Source: Candidatus Heimdallarchaeota archaeon
GTDB taxonomy: Archaea; Asgardarchaeota; Heimdallarchaeia; JABLTI01
NCBI GenBank assembly: GCA_018238155.1
Contig: JABCTZ010000041.1
Span: 32,001-96,000, forward strand
Length of the DNA stretch: 64,000 nucleotides
Direction of reading: 5' to 3'
Part shown: piece by piece, positions 61,277 to 64,000 of the stretch
Layout of the letters: each line of letters begins with the position of its first letter
Position numbering within the stretch: position 1 is the first letter of the stretch
The notes under the pieces: model-generated
Seen by the model: only the letters and a program-made list of their open reading frames with translations
Database searches by the model: none
Told to the model about the DNA's origin: nothing
Program-made: the position numbers and the translations under genes

Positions 61277-64000
61277 TTATGATACTTTTACTCTCTTTCC
61301 TTTAACAAATATCAAGATAACAACAATCAGCACGATGATAAGCATGATCGAACCACTGATGATACCGATCCATAAAGGACTTAGTAAGGCAAAGGTTACT
61401 TCAATATCTGTAGTACTCCAACCACTAGCTAATCCTTGATTGTCAACAGCACGAACTCTGAAATAATAGATCCCTTTGCTTAATGGATAAAATTTCTGTT
61501 GCAATGTTGTCAAAGTGTGATTTTCAAGTATGATACTAAAAGAAGAGGAATCACTCATTTCAATTTGATAATTAGAAACTTCCTCATCATCTGAGCTTGT
61601 ATTCCACTTTACAGTAACTAATCCAAGAGCATTAGTTTCAGCTAACGGTTCCAAAGTTGGTATTGTAGGTGCAGAATTATATTCATAATCTATGCTAATC
61701 GAGTAGATATGTACACTACGGTCTTCTGGTCCGTAAATATCTGCTTTCCATAGTAATTCATCACCAAAAAAGACAAAATTGTGCTCTACTCCAGGAGTAA
61801 CTATTTCCCAGTGTGCTCCACCATCTGCAGACATAAAGTACTCAACATGAGTACCAGATGGAACGTAATCCGTAGCATCAAGTATTGCAGATGAAATTTC
61901 TCCAGCTAATATAGAATCAATTTCTAATGATTGAACCGTAGAAACACCAGTCATATAGGTATCTGCAGCACTTTTGAAGTGGCGCAAGATGATCAAATTT
62001 GTTGTATTGGCAATAAAAGTGAAATCACCATGGGTAGTAATTTGAAGTGCTGCTGAAGCTTTCGGATAGATACTACAAGTACCAATATCATCAATATTTG
62101 ATACATTGACTAATGCAACACCATCTCTAAAGTCAGCAGTTAATAGATACGATCCAAAACTCCAAACACCATATGTATCTCTGTTTACATTATCACCTTG
62201 AATTGGTGAGAAAGGATTTGTAATGTTAAAGACCCAAACACCATCTCCGTCTGAAGTACTTGCAAGATATAATATATCACCATCTACATGAATATCGTAA
62301 TTATCATCAGGTCTCATTTGGGAAAAAATCAAATTGATATCACTTAAATCACGAATATCATAAATATGAAGACAATTAGATGAAATATAAGGTTTAAATT
62401 CCGTGACATAAAGAAATGATCCTTGTATCCAGATAGAAGTAACATTATATAACTCACTTCCAAAAGACCCTATAATTCCTGCCGAATAAGGATTTGAAAT
62501 ATTAATTAAATAGATACCAAACGGACCATCTGCTACCCATGCAATATCACCTGCTACAGCAATATCAATGGTAAAAGCTAGGTTAATTGAGCTAACTTCA
62601 ATTATATTAGTTGGATTACTGATATTAAATATTAAGAAGCCATGGCCAAAATCGGCTACAAAAGCAAATTGTCCTTGCACATCAAATTTTTTAGCTTTAC
62701 CAGATAAATAGACATGATCCAGAAGTAATGGATTAGATGGATCAGAAATATTCAATGTATAAAAGCCATGAATCCCAACTACATAAGCAATGTCTCCTTG
62801 CACTCTTACATCATAAGCTTTGAATTGGTCAAAAGCATTTGAATAAACTTCTTTAGATATGTCACTAATTCCTGTTCCTGCGCAAAGACGTATAGTATAA
62901 ATTCCAAGATCTGTTCCAACAACCAAATCACCACCAAAGAGATCAATATCCCAAGTATTAGGTAAGGTGATGCTAGTTATAAATGTTGGATGACTTGCAT
63001 CTGTAATATCAAGCACTTGAACACCGCCTGTTCCATCAGCAACAAAAAGTGTTCTTCCTTGCAATTTCAATCTACGAGCATTACCAGGTGTATCATATGT
63101 TCCAAGTATTGATGGGTTAGCAGGATCGCGAATATCAATAACATGAATACCCGATGAACCATCTGCAACAAAAGCAAAACCTCCATCTACAAGAACATCA
63201 GTAGCATTACCTGGAGTGTCAATATGGCCAACAACTATTGGTGAGTACTTGTTAAATACATTTAGAATATAAAATCCATCAGTACTTGCGGCAATGTAAA
63301 TATTATGACCTACAACATCTAAACCAAGTGCATTTTTATTATTCCAATTGGTATTTATTATCTGTAAATCTTCAGGGTCTCGTGCATCCACAATTTGGAA
63401 TGAAGATATCATAGAACTATTGTAATCAGTATAGTAAACTAAATGACCATTTAGTTCAATATCTGATATCATATTACTTGTTCCAACCCAATCAAGATGA
63501 TTACCACTACCACTCAGATCAAAGGGATCTCCAACATTATAAGAGTTCAAACTTCCTTGAGAACCAAAGAAGACCACATCACCATTAACAGCAATTGACA
63601 TTGTTTTATTGAGAGAATTATGCTCACTAAGAAGGACAATATTATTTGGATCATTAATATTGAAACAAGAAAGAGTATGAGAATTTGAGGAATAGTCATT
63701 TTGAACTACATAGGCTTTTCTTCCTTGAACAGCTAATCCTCTTACAGGTAAAGCTGTTGAATAAAAGTCTAATTCTGATAGAGAGAAATTTCTATCCTTA
63801 GTTACTGTTCCACTACCCCAACCGAAGGCTGTGGAAGCACCATCATAATAAATTGTAGAACTAAAATCTTCAACATAATTTCCAGTACCATTTGCAATAA
63901 ATGTTTGATTAAACGAACCACTTGTAATTCCATTTATAGAAGAAATGAAAAACAAGGAGAAAGTAATGATAACTAACATACCAACAGTAATTATTTTCCG
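61277..64000 (-). CDS. LVIVD-repeat surface protein with FN3-like domain and C-terminal TM; 5' end beyond window
   Basis: Paralog of 58706-61171 with extra W..S.D...YQI...YYFRVRAVD; the frame stays open from 63979 to 64000. Confidence 0.9.
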   Translation of the reverse strand, partial: RKIITVGMLVIITFSLFFISSINGITSGSFNQTFIANGTGNYVEDFSSTIYYDGASTAFGWGSGTVTKDRNFSLSELDFYSTALPVRGLAVQGRKAYVVQNDYSSNSHTLSCFNINDPNNIVLLSEHNSLNKTMSIAVNGDVVFFGSQGSLNSYNVGDPFDLSGSGNHLDWVGTSNMISDIELNGHLVYYTDYNSSMISSFQIVDARDPEDLQIINTNWNNKNALGLDVVGHNIYIAASTDGFYILNVFNKYSPIVVGHIDTPGNATDVLVDGGFAFVADGSSGIHVIDIRDPANPSILGTYDTPGNARRLKLQGRTLFVADGTGGVQVLDITDASHPTFITSITLPNTWDIDLFGGDLVVGTDLGIYTIRLCAGTGISDISKEVYSNAFDQFKAYDVRVQGDIAYVVGIHGFYTLNISDPSNPLLLDHVYLSGKAKKFDVQGQFAFVADFGHGFLIFNISNPTNIIEVSSINLAFTIDIAVAGDIAWVADGPFGIYLINISNPYSAGIIGSFGSELYNVTSIWIQGSFLYVTEFKPYISSNCLHIYDIRDLSDINLIFSQMRPDDNYDIHVDGDILYLASTSDGDGVWVFNITNPFSPIQGDNVNRDTYGVWSFGSYLLTADFRDGVALVNVSNIDDIGTCSIYPKASAALQITTHGDFTFIANTTNLIILRHFKSAADTYMTGVSTVQSLEIDSILAGEISSAILDATDYVPSGTHVEYFMSADGGAHWEIVTPGVEHNFVFFGDELLWKADIYGPEDRSVHIYSISIDYEYNSAPTIPTLEPLAETNALGLVTVKWNTSSDDEEVSNYQIEMSDSSSFSIILENHTLTTLQQKFYPLSKGIYYFRVRAVDNQGLASGWSTTDIEVTFALLSPLWIGIISGSIMLIIVLIVVILIFVKGKRVKVS

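Noticed and set aside
58706-64000. Diversity-generating retroelement (TR/VR) explanation for the near-identical tracts
   Set aside because: No reverse transcriptase in the window, both copies are coding, and the mismatches are not adenine-specific.
1-64000. tRNA, rRNA, IS elements, integrase
   Set aside because: No cloverleaf, rRNA-like GC-rich segment, transposase or recombinase motif was recognised; a tRNAscan-SE/Infernal run would be needed to exclude small RNAs.

Overview
AT-rich, gene-dense window that reads as an Asgard archaeal genome, most plausibly Heimdallarchaeia. This is inferred from two Rab-like small GTPases, two longin-domain proteins, choice-of-anchor-S-like surface proteins, a TrmB/coiled-coil fusion, Mtd, AOR and NucS. 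It holds about 55 coding regions. No rRNA, tRNA, CRISPR array or transposase was recognised. The strongest signal is a set of candidate eukaryote-like membrane-trafficking parts: a cytoplasmic protein with a delta-COP/AP-mu-like mu-homology domain (25262-27451), a DENN/folliculin-like protein in an apparent operon with a small GTPase (1881-3491), a membrane-anchored longin (35511-36224), a TPR-longin (17103-19166) and a receptor-like TSP3-TM-pseudo-RING protein (40465-41784). Other notable items: an M20 peptidase whose middle is replaced by a foreign-looking segment carrying an MFS gene; a switch-like structured RNA candidate upstream of a flavin reductase; an NgoPII/HaeIII-type R-M pair; a DUF5591 + TGT pair with an Asp-to-Glu change at the nucleophile position; a palindromic DtxR-type operator; and tandem LVIVD paralogs with gene-conversion-like tracts. 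All family calls come from motif recognition by eye; no searches were run.
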